Of a stretch of DNA of 64,000 nucleotides, positions 22,852 through 32,310 are shown one piece after another. The first letter of the stretch is position 1. The number at the start of each line of letters is the position of its first letter. Source of the DNA: an uncultured Alphaproteobacteria bacterium (GTDB lineage: Bacteria; Pseudomonadota; Alphaproteobacteria; RF32; CAG-239); assembly GCA_934248075.1 (NCBI GenBank), contig CAKQKH010000002.1, positions 47,224 to 111,223 of the forward strand, written 5' to 3'. Made by a program: the position numbers and the translations under genes. The notes beneath the pieces were generated by a model. That model was not told the DNA's origin. It did not search any database and saw nothing but the letters and a program-made list of their open reading frames with translations.

Positions 22852-23138
22852 GAAGAATGCACACTCTAACTTCTCCCCTTGATTTCAAGGGGAAGACAGA
22901 GAGGGGTTTAAAAATAGCTGTCACCGCTCCGAGGGGCGAACATTCTCGCCCGAGGTCAAGCGGTCTTCCGTGCTGATAATACAAACTAACAGCATGGAAG
23001 ATGCCTGGACTTTGCGGAAGAATACACACTCTAACTTCTCCCCTTGATTTCAAGGGAAGACAGAGAGGGGTTAAAAATAGCTGTCACCGCTCCGAGGGGC
23101 GAGCATTCTCGCCCGAGGTCAAGCGGTCTTCCGTGCTG
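22852..23138. repeat. Two direct copies of an about-120-bp palindromic element (family A), each followed by a short hairpin element (family B)
   Basis: Copy 1 at 22852-22975 and copy 2 at 23018-23138 are near-identical. Each carries internal inverted repeats (ccccttgatttcaagggg and gggcgaacattctcgccc). The B hairpin gatgcctggactttgcggaagaat recurs at 22997 and 23162. Confidence 0.85.
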
Positions 23139-23225
23139 TCAATCGATATTATCAGTTCGGTAGATGCCTGGACTTTGCGGAAGAATGCTTCCGCAAAGAG
23201 GCATGACAGAGTCTTTTTTATTGTC

Positions 23226-23309
23226 ACTCTGAGTGAACCGAAGCAATCCATATTGTTGCTTGATAAAAATGGATTGCTTCTCACGGCTGACCGCCGTTCG
23301 CGCAATGAC
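23226..23309. repeat. Hairpin repeat element (family C)
   Basis: A 12-bp stem gaagcaatccat / atggattgcttc around attgttgcttgataaaa. Further copies lie at 42694-42776 and 45397-45490. Confidence 0.85.
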
Positions 23310-23338
23310 ATTGGAGAGAGGGGAGGAAAGAAGAATAA

Positions 23339-24088
23339 TTAGAAGGACAGGGTTTTGGCCAATTGTGAGGTATAAAAATTTCGCAGACGGTGAACATAGC
23401 CAGTATAGTTAACAAGTTTATATGCAAGCCAATCTTCGACACTCCCATGAAAAACCGCTACAACAAAGTTATAATAGTCTTGCATTTTTTGCAAATCATC
23501 AACTTTATATTTGCCATTAGGACGTTCAAATTGACCCGTCATCATATATTTGATTTTTTCAACAATATCCTGCGCCCGGGCAATTACTTTTTGGGCATCT
23601 ATCTGGCTCATATCTTTATGCTGTGGATAAATCAGCCACTTATCATACAAAACTGAATATTGCGCCAAATCTGGCACTTTTAATACAATTTTGATTTCCA
23701 CCTGACGCCCAGCAATACGATACTTACGCTGATGATCCAAAAAAGCATTACGAACCTTACCTATAAACTGAAATATTTGCTTATTACTTTTAAAAACGCC
23801 GTTATTTTCAACTATAGAAACAACTATTTCTAGATCCAAATCTGAAAACTCCTGATATTCATAAGTAGTGGAAGAACCAAACAAAACAATATCATCAACC
23901 TGCAACCACGGAAAATCCTTGAGACAACCGTCAATTACGACCTGCGCACGCATCAAAAGTTTTTGCCGAATCTCCGGCAGCATTTGGTGGTTAGCATCAA
24001 ACACACGGCTGTCAAGTTCCTGATGCGAGGTCATCAGCCACTTGATATTTTCTTCCATGGTCTGCTGGCGAGGATTGACGTTTAGCAT
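23339..24088 (-). CDS. Pol-beta-superfamily nucleotidyltransferase (KNTase/ANT/Lnu-like architecture)
   Basis: Canonical motif LFGSSTTYEYQEFSDLDLEIVV (hG[GS]...DxDxE) followed by a helical C-terminal region. Its ATG overlaps the upstream stop as ATGCTAA. Confidence 0.7.
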   Translation of the reverse strand: MLNVNPRQQTMEENIKWLMTSHQELDSRVFDANHQMLPEIRQKLLMRAQVVIDGCLKDFPWLQVDDIVLFGSSTTYEYQEFSDLDLEIVVSIVENNGVFKSNKQIFQFIGKVRNAFLDHQRKYRIAGRQVEIKIVLKVPDLAQYSVLYDKWLIYPQHKDMSQIDAQKVIARAQDIVEKIKYMMTGQFERPNGKYKVDDLQKMQDYYNFVVAVFHGSVEDWLAYKLVNYTGYVHRLRNFYTSQLAKTLSF

Positions 24089-24849
24089 TGCTCTAACTCA
24101 TTAATATTATAGTTATAAGATTCGATCAGGAATTTTTTGAAATATCTTTCACCGCCAAGCTCACAAAAAGTACGATAAAGCAAATAATCAAAATTATATT
24201 CATGCTCGTCGCTGTCCAACCAATATTTGCGGGCTTCCGAACGGAGATATTTAAGATAAGCTTCCAGCTGGTGGCAGCCTTCTATGGTAAATTCACCGTT
24301 AGGATGACGGGAATGAGATTCAACATTTTCACGGATAATCTGCTGATAACGCGGAAAAACCATGCAAAACTCCGGCATAGTGAAAGCAAACTGACGTTTG
24401 ACAGGCGGATTCAGCCAACGCTGGTGAATAATTGAAAAACAAGGAATTCCTTGAGGAACGTCAGCCAAAAAATGGCAATGAACCGGACGATTGATAAAAG
24501 TGTAAGGAATTTCGGTCGCTTCCAGAATATCATTAATCTCGGAAAGGTTGGCCTGCAACGGCTCAGGTAAATCATTATAGATCAGACCAACATATACAGG
24601 ACTAAAACGATTATAAACATAACCAGCCAGATCACCATACAACACCACGTCTGAGGCCTTTTGCCAATTTACCAAAGGGCGGTTTTCACCCCACCAAAAG
24701 TTGGCAATATTTATTATCCCAGATTTGAAAGTATCATACAATGTATCCGGTGATGAAAACACCACCGGACACAAGGTGTCATTAATGCGAACATGCTCGC
24801 CGATATCTATTGATTCAAACTTTATTGGCTGCATTAGCTTTAGTAACAC
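24082..24849 (-). CDS. Nucleotidyltransferase-like paralogue with degenerate catalytic motif
   Basis: Segment SDVVLYGDLAGYVYNRFSPVYVGLIY aligns to the NTase motif of the downstream gene, but GS has become GD and DLDLE has become PVYVG. Alternative ATG start at 24834. Confidence 0.55.
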   Translation of the reverse strand: MLLKLMQPIKFESIDIGEHVRINDTLCPVVFSSPDTLYDTFKSGIINIANFWWGENRPLVNWQKASDVVLYGDLAGYVYNRFSPVYVGLIYNDLPEPLQANLSEINDILEATEIPYTFINRPVHCHFLADVPQGIPCFSIIHQRWLNPPVKRQFAFTMPEFCMVFPRYQQIIRENVESHSRHPNGEFTIEGCHQLEAYLKYLRSEARKYWLDSDEHEYNFDYLLYRTFCELGGERYFKKFLIESYNYNINELEQC

Positions 24850-26084
24850 TTACCATTATAACACGTTTGGTTGCCTGTGCATGTAACGCTCTCACAAGGG
24901 TCGCCACCGGTTGAACCACCTGATGAGCTACCTCCTGATGAACCACCTGATGAACTACCGCTTATCTTAGTGGGCGTTATTGAAAATGATGCTGACATGC
25001 AACTATCGTCAGCTGTACAGGTTTTAACTAGGTCATCAGCATAGGCCTGACAAACGGTGGATAATTCACTAGATGTATAATTTGTAACATCCGTTGGACC
25101 ACAGGGTGCTACATAGTCATCGTAGCAGGTATTGTCAGGAAACCAATAGCCATCTGATTGTGAATAGACAGTACTGGTATACTGGGAACGACATTGATCA
25201 CGAATGGTTTTTGACCGGCAGTCTTTATAACAGGTTACACCACTAACAGTGATTTTTGCGCAATTATAATATCCCGTGTCTGAACTCAGGTATCCGGCAT
25301 CGGCGCAAACATCTTTGGCTTTGCCGGCATAAATAAAGATATTGGCCGAATAGTTCTGAGGAGTAACCGTGGTTGATTTGCCATAGATAGAATTTGATTT
25401 ACTAGCATCGAAATTAATATACACAGAATTGGCGCCTTTTGTGTGTCCTTTACCATAATTATCGCCTTTGGGTGATATACTGAAAGCCCCAGAAATATCT
25501 CCACTGTAACTATACTCCGGTCCTTGCAAACCTACTTTACCAGTAATATTGGGCAAGCCGGCGGCTTGCGCGCTACGAAACGCTGATTGAATTGTAGTCA
25601 CACTTGTTGTCTCTATTGCAGCACCTTTTAAGAAGTATCCCGAATATGAAGGAACGGTGTTTTTTCCTAATAACTTATATAAATCGGAATAAAGAGTTGT
25701 ATCAAATGATTGACCATTACACAATAACCAGCCATCATGATTTTTCGCTTTCCATGAATACTTCAGATCACCAACAGCATGCTGAGGGGCAAGACACATG
25801 CCAAATGTCGGCTCAAAGGGACACGGAATAAATGTATCTGAGCACCTAGTCTTTTGTGTGCTGTAACCCATAGACATACATTTCAAAACACCATCCTGGC
25901 AGTTATATTTGGTATCATCAAAGGGGCAGCGGGTGAATATTTTTCCCTCACATTGAGACGCGGTTTTGGTGTATCCCAAAGTGGCACAGTCAGGGGCAGC
26001 AGTGCATTCCTGTTCCTGAGCTTGGCTGGGCAGGGCGTATATCAATGCCGGAACGGCGGCAGAGGCTAATAACATATTTTTCAT
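24840..26084 (-). CDS. Secreted cysteine-rich protein with a phage tail-collar (MdpB-like) domain
   Basis: Signal peptide MKNMLLASAAVPALIYALPSQA. Central region GWLLCNGQSFDTTLYSDLYKLLG...VTPQNYSANIFIYAG matches the tail-collar pattern W.LCdG...Y..Lf..iG. C-terminal GSSSGGSSGG linker followed by a Cys knot. SD aaggggaaaag. Confidence 0.65.
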   Translation of the reverse strand: MKNMLLASAAVPALIYALPSQAQEQECTAAPDCATLGYTKTASQCEGKIFTRCPFDDTKYNCQDGVLKCMSMGYSTQKTRCSDTFIPCPFEPTFGMCLAPQHAVGDLKYSWKAKNHDGWLLCNGQSFDTTLYSDLYKLLGKNTVPSYSGYFLKGAAIETTSVTTIQSAFRSAQAAGLPNITGKVGLQGPEYSYSGDISGAFSISPKGDNYGKGHTKGANSVYINFDASKSNSIYGKSTTVTPQNYSANIFIYAGKAKDVCADAGYLSSDTGYYNCAKITVSGVTCYKDCRSKTIRDQCRSQYTSTVYSQSDGYWFPDNTCYDDYVAPCGPTDVTNYTSSELSTVCQAYADDLVKTCTADDSCMSASFSITPTKISGSSSGGSSGGSSSGGSTGGDPCESVTCTGNQTCYNGKCY

Positions 26085-26119
26085 TTCTTTTCCCCTTTAT
26101 AAATTGGTTGGCAAATCCC

Positions 26120-26956
26120 CTACTTGACAGACCAAGTACAGAGTTGTTTGTTTTGGCAGATAAATTTGGTTTTATGATAATAACCGATATTACATTTGAC
26201 AAAGCGGTAATGAACCGTGGTATCACCACAGCCTTTGACGCAGGTTTCATATTGAGAGTTGGCCGGAGCGGAGTTTAAATCGTACTCCGAGCAATCTTTA
26301 GGCGTACAGGTTTTACCCTGTTCGCACTTGGAAGGGCAGTCGGCATAATATTTCTCACAACCATACTCAGTTGCGTTATCAGTCAGGGCATCACACGCCT
26401 CAACGCACTCGTTGCATTTTGCCGCGCAATTTGGACAAGGCGTTTTACAGCCATATGTGCAGGTTAAGTCATTGCAATTTTGGCTCAGGCAGGCGTCGGT
26501 AATCGGGGTCTCGCACTTGGCGGGGCAGTCATCCCAATATTTTTGACAACCATAATCAACAGATAGATTATCAGTGCGATTGCGACAATTATCAGTATAG
26601 GGAATCTCACATTTGGTTGAGCAGTCATCCCAGGTCTTTTGACAACCATAATCGGAATCGTGTTTGACGTCTGTACGCAAAGCGCAGGGTTCGACACAAC
26701 CACTGACACACCAGCCGACACCGGAGAAAAAATGTTTTTTAGAGCAGACCTGACCAGAGGCTGCCGAGGCGGAAAACCATCCGGAAGGACACTTGATGTC
26801 AGAATCAGAATCACGGCCGCCGGCGTTGCGATCCATGTTTTTGCCCAAGAAATCAGGCAACCAATAAATTTTGGCTGACACAGTGCCGACGACAAGCATA
26901 CAGCCCAACACCGTTAATATGCAGATATACTTCCGCATCGCGATGACTCCCATCAA
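26120..26956 (-). CDS. Secreted cysteine-rich repeat protein
   Basis: Signal peptide MRKYICILTVLGCMLVVGTVSA. The probable start is the ATG at 26937 or 26953, not the TTG at 26956. Three repeats of [DE]YGC[QE]K[TY][WY]xDC[SP]xKCE. More than 40 Cys residues. Confidence 0.6.
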   Translation of the reverse strand: MMGVIAMRKYICILTVLGCMLVVGTVSAKIYWLPDFLGKNMDRNAGGRDSDSDIKCPSGWFSASAASGQVCSKKHFFSGVGWCVSGCVEPCALRTDVKHDSDYGCQKTWDDCSTKCEIPYTDNCRNRTDNLSVDYGCQKYWDDCPAKCETPITDACLSQNCNDLTCTYGCKTPCPNCAAKCNECVEACDALTDNATEYGCEKYYADCPSKCEQGKTCTPKDCSEYDLNSAPANSQYETCVKGCGDTTVHYRFVKCNIGYYHKTKFICQNKQLCTWSVK

Positions 26957-26965
26957 AACTTGTAA

Positions 26966-27001
26966 CCTATTTTAGAATATCAGGCTACGCGCATGTTGTC
27001 A
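26966..27001 (-). promoter_or_regulatory. Candidate sigma-70 promoter of the Cys-rich/NTase operon
   Basis: On the minus strand: TTGACA, a 17-nt spacer, then TATTCT, about 10-30 nt upstream of the first gene. Confidence 0.35.
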
Positions 27002-27041
27002 ACGCGGAAATGATTACATTTATGTTACATAAAAACTAGCG

Positions 27042-28334
27042 CTAGTTTTGTTTGTCGGCAAAGAGCTTTTTGGCCTTGTCAACCAAGCCGTCATCTTGCG
27101 CCAAAGTCGGGAAAACATGAGTCGGCGAGGCCGGAACCGGATCGGTCTTGGTGATTTCCAGATATCCGGTTTGCGGACGAAACACAATATTTTTGAAAGC
27201 ATACAGCACAAACAATCCGCTGAAAAAAGAAAAAGACAACACAAAACTGATGGCGCCCCATTGCTGCATGGCAAAAGAAACAATAATCGGCCCGCCCATC
27301 ATGCCGATGCTTTGCAACAAAATCAGTTGGCCGCTGGCCTCTACCCGCTCGTCATCGGTGATTTTGTCATTGAGATGCGAGATGCAAATCGGATAAAGCA
27401 CAAAAGTGCCGGCGCCAAGCAAAACCGCGCAACCAGACATCAGCCATACGCCGCTGTCAATAAAAAACTGCATCCAAGGCGCGACCACAAACAAAGCGCC
27501 GCACAGCCACATCATGACAAAACGGCGGTCAAACTTGTCAGAAAGGCGGCCAACCGGTATCTGCGCCACCATGCCGCCCATAATGCAGAAAAACATAAAC
27601 AAGGCCGTGATGTTGATGTCTAACCCCATCTGATCGGCATAAATCGGACCAAGCGTGTAAACATTGCTGACCAAGATGCCGCTGATGATACAGCCGACAA
27701 CGCTCATCGGTGCAAGTTTGTATGCGCGGCGCAAAGACATATGCTTATGCTTGCGGATTGGCGGGGTGGGCTTGCCGGTGAGACTAACCGGCACCAAAGA
27801 CCAGGAATACAGCACCGAAATGATTATAAACACCATAAAACCGCCGGGGTCAGGAATATTGAGCATTAGTTGGCCGCCCGCCATGCCCAAATAAGTCATG
27901 ACCATGTAAACCGACATAATCACACCGCGATTTTGATTGTTGGAACGAGTGTTAAGCCAGCTCTCCAAACACATTAGCCCAGCGGCGATGCAATAGCCCT
28001 CGGCAAAACGCAACAACGCCCAAAACCATGGCGCCGAACTTATGGTGTGCAACAGCACCATGGACGAGAGAATCGAAATATAACCGGCAAAAGCGCGGAC
28101 ATGCCCGACTTTGTTTATAATCCGCGAGGAAGTGAGCGACGAAACAATATAAGCAAAGTAATAAAACGCCATGACAATGCCGGTATAAAAAGTCGGAGTG
28201 TGCTGAGCATTGAGCCGCACCGCCAGAATCGATGTATTTAGACCACTGGCGACATACATTACCAAAGTGCCGATGAAAAACGCAGCTAATGGCGACAGAA
28301 GCTTTTCCGCGGCTTTTAGTCTTTTGATAAACAT
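27042..28334 (-). CDS. MFS transporter
   Basis: 12 predicted TM helices. 430 aa. Confidence 0.85.
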   Translation of the reverse strand: MFIKRLKAAEKLLSPLAAFFIGTLVMYVASGLNTSILAVRLNAQHTPTFYTGIVMAFYYFAYIVSSLTSSRIINKVGHVRAFAGYISILSSMVLLHTISSAPWFWALLRFAEGYCIAAGLMCLESWLNTRSNNQNRGVIMSVYMVMTYLGMAGGQLMLNIPDPGGFMVFIIISVLYSWSLVPVSLTGKPTPPIRKHKHMSLRRAYKLAPMSVVGCIISGILVSNVYTLGPIYADQMGLDINITALFMFFCIMGGMVAQIPVGRLSDKFDRRFVMMWLCGALFVVAPWMQFFIDSGVWLMSGCAVLLGAGTFVLYPICISHLNDKITDDERVEASGQLILLQSIGMMGGPIIVSFAMQQWGAISFVLSFSFFSGLFVLYAFKNIVFRPQTGYLEITKTDPVPASPTHVFPTLAQDDGLVDKAKKLFADKQN

Positions 28335-28379
28335 GAGTATTGCGCTCCCATTCCGGCTCAGATTAAGGAAAAAACAACA

Positions 28380-30107
28380 TCAGGCAGCTTTGAGCATGGC
28401 CTCAGGCGCCTCTATACCTAAAAGATACAGATTAAGTTTTAAGATATCCCTAACCATTTTGGCCAATCTGAGCCGCGATGCCGCCTTGGCCTGATCAGCC
28501 TCGCTCAGAATCGGCGAAGTATTATAAAAACCGGAGAAAACCTGCGCCAGATTATAGACATAATCAGAAATTATGCTCGGCTCTTTTTCGGTCTCGGCAC
28601 GAGCAACCATAGTGCCAAACTGGGCAATTTTGAGCGCCAAATTACGCTCCTCAGGGTTGGTGATGATGATATTGCCCTCTGCAAGGCCATTATCATGCGC
28701 CTTACGGAGAATCGAGTTAATGCGAGCAATGGCATATTGAATATAAGGTCCGGTCTTGCCCTCAAACTTGGCAAAGTCATCAAGCTCAAACACATAGCCG
28801 GAAGCGATGTTGTTTTTGAGATCCTGAAATTTGATAGCGCCGATAGCAATCTGCGACACCATTTTTTCGATATCTTCATGGGTGTATCCCTCAGCAGCAG
28901 ACGGAATCGACTCTCTGACCTTGTCTTTGGACAGATTAATCAGGTCCTCCAGGTTCATCACGCCGCCGTCGCGAGTCTTAAACGGCTTGCCGTCAGCACC
29001 GTTGACCGTGCCAAAACCAATATGCTTAAGCGTGACATTTGGGGCGATGCCAAGTTTGTCGGCGACCTCAAACACCTGCTCAAAATGCAGCGACTGCCGC
29101 TTGTCCACCACATAAATAATCTCTTGCGCCTTGAGGTCATCAACACGCATTTTGATAGTGGCAATATCTGTGAGCTGATAGCCAAAACCGCCATCGGACT
29201 TGACCAAAATCACCGGAGGCTTGGAATCATCAGCCAAGCGCATAATCAAAGCGCCGTCATCAAGCACGGCCAGACCTTTGTCTTTGGCCAACTCAACAAT
29301 TTTGCCGCAGGTTTCATGGGCGTCGCTCTCGCCCAGCCAAAGGTCAAAATGCGCGTCTAAAACATCATAATTTTTCTTGATAGCCTCAACCGAAACCTTG
29401 CGCAGATGCTGCCAGGCCTTGCGGTATTCGGGGTTGCCGCCTTGCAGTTCGGCCGTAATCAGACGAGCTTTTTCTTTGGCGACGTCATCTTCTTTGCAGC
29501 GAATATTGGCTTGTTTATAAAAAGCGGAAATCTGGTTGATATCATAGCTCTCGGTCTTAGACAAATCACCGTCTTGGTTGATAATTTCAGACAGAATCAT
29601 GCCCATGGGAGTACCCCAATCACCAAGGTGAACGTCTGAAACAACCTCATTGCCGACAAAATTTTCTATCCGGCGGACAGACTCGCCAATCACGGCCGAA
29701 CGCAGGTGTCCGACATGGAGAGCCTTGGCGACATTTGGCCCGCCAAAATCCATGACAATTTTGCGCGGAGCAACGGTTCTGGCCGCGCCAAAGCGCTCGT
29801 CTGACGCGGTCTTATCCATAAATTTGGCGATAAAATCATCTGCCAGAGAAATATTAAGAAAACCAGGGCCATCTACCGATATTTTGGCCAAATCCGTGTC
29901 TTTTTGCAACTCAGCGGCAATATTGCCGGCTATTTCACGCGGATTTTTGCGCTCGCTCTTGGCCAGAGCCAAAGCGCCGTTGCACTGAAAATCACTCAAA
30001 TCAGGGCGATCAGATACTTTTACAAAAGCAAATTTAGGATCCAAGTTTAATGTCGCAAAAACTGCAGCCAATTTTTGGTTGAGGGTGTTCTCTAAAGATA
30101 ATGACAT
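28380..30107 (-). CDS. argS: Arginyl-tRNA synthetase
   Basis: HIGH-type motif ALHVGHLRS and a DALR anticodon-binding C-terminus. Confidence 0.95.
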   Translation of the reverse strand: MSLSLENTLNQKLAAVFATLNLDPKFAFVKVSDRPDLSDFQCNGALALAKSERKNPREIAGNIAAELQKDTDLAKISVDGPGFLNISLADDFIAKFMDKTASDERFGAARTVAPRKIVMDFGGPNVAKALHVGHLRSAVIGESVRRIENFVGNEVVSDVHLGDWGTPMGMILSEIINQDGDLSKTESYDINQISAFYKQANIRCKEDDVAKEKARLITAELQGGNPEYRKAWQHLRKVSVEAIKKNYDVLDAHFDLWLGESDAHETCGKIVELAKDKGLAVLDDGALIMRLADDSKPPVILVKSDGGFGYQLTDIATIKMRVDDLKAQEIIYVVDKRQSLHFEQVFEVADKLGIAPNVTLKHIGFGTVNGADGKPFKTRDGGVMNLEDLINLSKDKVRESIPSAAEGYTHEDIEKMVSQIAIGAIKFQDLKNNIASGYVFELDDFAKFEGKTGPYIQYAIARINSILRKAHDNGLAEGNIIITNPEERNLALKIAQFGTMVARAETEKEPSIISDYVYNLAQVFSGFYNTSPILSEADQAKAASRLRLAKMVRDILKLNLYLLGIEAPEAMLKAA

Positions 30108-30126
30108 AGTTCTTCCTTAAAATATA

Positions 30127-30444
30127 TTATTTTTCACACTTAAAATAAAAATGATTGGGAACCAAAAGACGACAGGTGAAATATGTCTGTCTTACCGGAG
30201 TGGCATGAGTGCCGGTCTTTTCGCTGATACAAACGTCATCGGCCAGCTTTTTGACATCGGCATATGGCGTGTACAGACTATTGTAGCATACCGCAGGCTC
30301 CGTTGGCGTGGAGGCTCCGACATATAACGTTGCCGGCGTCTTGGCTCCGGCCTCTCGTCGTCGGTCTATAAACGGACGAAACTGCGAACAAGCGCATAAT
30401 AAAGATATAAGTACCGCAATATTTATTAATTTGAGGCTGGACAA
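30127..30444 (-). CDS. Small lipoprotein, hypothetical
   Basis: Lipobox LLCAC after a signal peptide. Confidence 0.45.
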   Translation of the reverse strand: MSSLKLINIAVLISLLCACSQFRPFIDRRREAGAKTPATLYVGASTPTEPAVCYNSLYTPYADVKKLADDVCISEKTGTHATPVRQTYFTCRLLVPNHFYFKCEK

Positions 30445-30508
30445 TTAAAAAAACTCCGCTAATTTATTCTGTAACAATTGTTCAACACTATAAACTAAGA
30501 AGCACAAA

Positions 30509-31102
30509 ATGCAAGAAAACAAATATATCGGCGATGAAAAAATGACTAAAATGCTGGAACACTACCAATGTTCCACCCCTTTGGAGGTAGTGAAAATGCG
30601 GTTTGCCGGCGCAATCTGCAGCCCTAATATGGAGCTGCGGCCAACCGATGTCATATCTTCTTTGTGGCCGGCCGGACAGGCACCCAGACTGCAAACCAAA
30701 GACGAGGCCGACTTGTTCTTCAAGTTCTTTATGGGACTGTGGGACGCGATGTTTGACCAGATTCAACACAATAAAATTAAATTAGACAAACTGCCGGCCA
30801 AAGACTTGGAATATTATTGCCAGCGCCGTTTTGCCGAAATTGAACAAGGCTATATTGAGGGATTCTGGGGCGGCAAATCCGATATGAAAATTCCGGCGTT
30901 TTTGGCAGAGGTGATCGACTCTTTGTCAGATTTGGCCGGAGTGTATGGAAGTCTGCTGAAAAAAATATCGGCCGGCAGCGATAAATCAGAAGTGATCAAT
31001 GCCTTGAGTTCAGCCGACTCCATGGCGGAAAAAGCGATTGCGTTTATTATCGAAAACTCGGTATTGCCGCGGATAGAAAGCCTGCGACGCACCGTCAACT
31101 AA
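30509..31102 (+). CDS. UPF0149/YecA-YgfB-like family protein
   Basis: Size (197 aa) and helical pattern resemble UPF0149. Weak evidence. Confidence 0.4.
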   Translation: MQENKYIGDEKMTKMLEHYQCSTPLEVVKMRFAGAICSPNMELRPTDVISSLWPAGQAPRLQTKDEADLFFKFFMGLWDAMFDQIQHNKIKLDKLPAKDLEYYCQRRFAEIEQGYIEGFWGGKSDMKIPAFLAEVIDSLSDLAGVYGSLLKKISAGSDKSEVINALSSADSMAEKAIAFIIENSVLPRIESLRRTVN

Positions 31103-31155
31103 ATCAAGCCGGCAAACAGTGAGCAAAACTTGCGAATTTTCTTGAAAATATCTAA

Positions 31156-32247
<1,092 letters not shown>

Positions 32248-32310
32248 TTATGGAATAAGCAAACCCTCTTGGCGCGCCAAGGGGGTTTTGTTTTTGCAAA
32301 GGATAAATAA

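Noticed and set aside
22820-23342. ORFs 22820-23053 (-) and 23001-23342 (+)
   Set aside because: They are read through palindromic repeat elements and the peptide is repeat-derived. The same applies to 42675-42968 (-), 42695-42886 (+) and 45376-45573 (+).
24840-26084. Prophage remnant suggested by the tail-collar domain
   Set aside because: No capsid, terminase, integrase or other tail genes occur anywhere in the window. The domain is embedded in a Sec-exported Cys-rich protein.
27032-27049. Palindrome aaaactagcgctagtttt at the MFS gene stop as a terminator
   Set aside because: The stem is AT-rich and weak, and no U-tract follows on the minus strand. It was not reported as a terminator.
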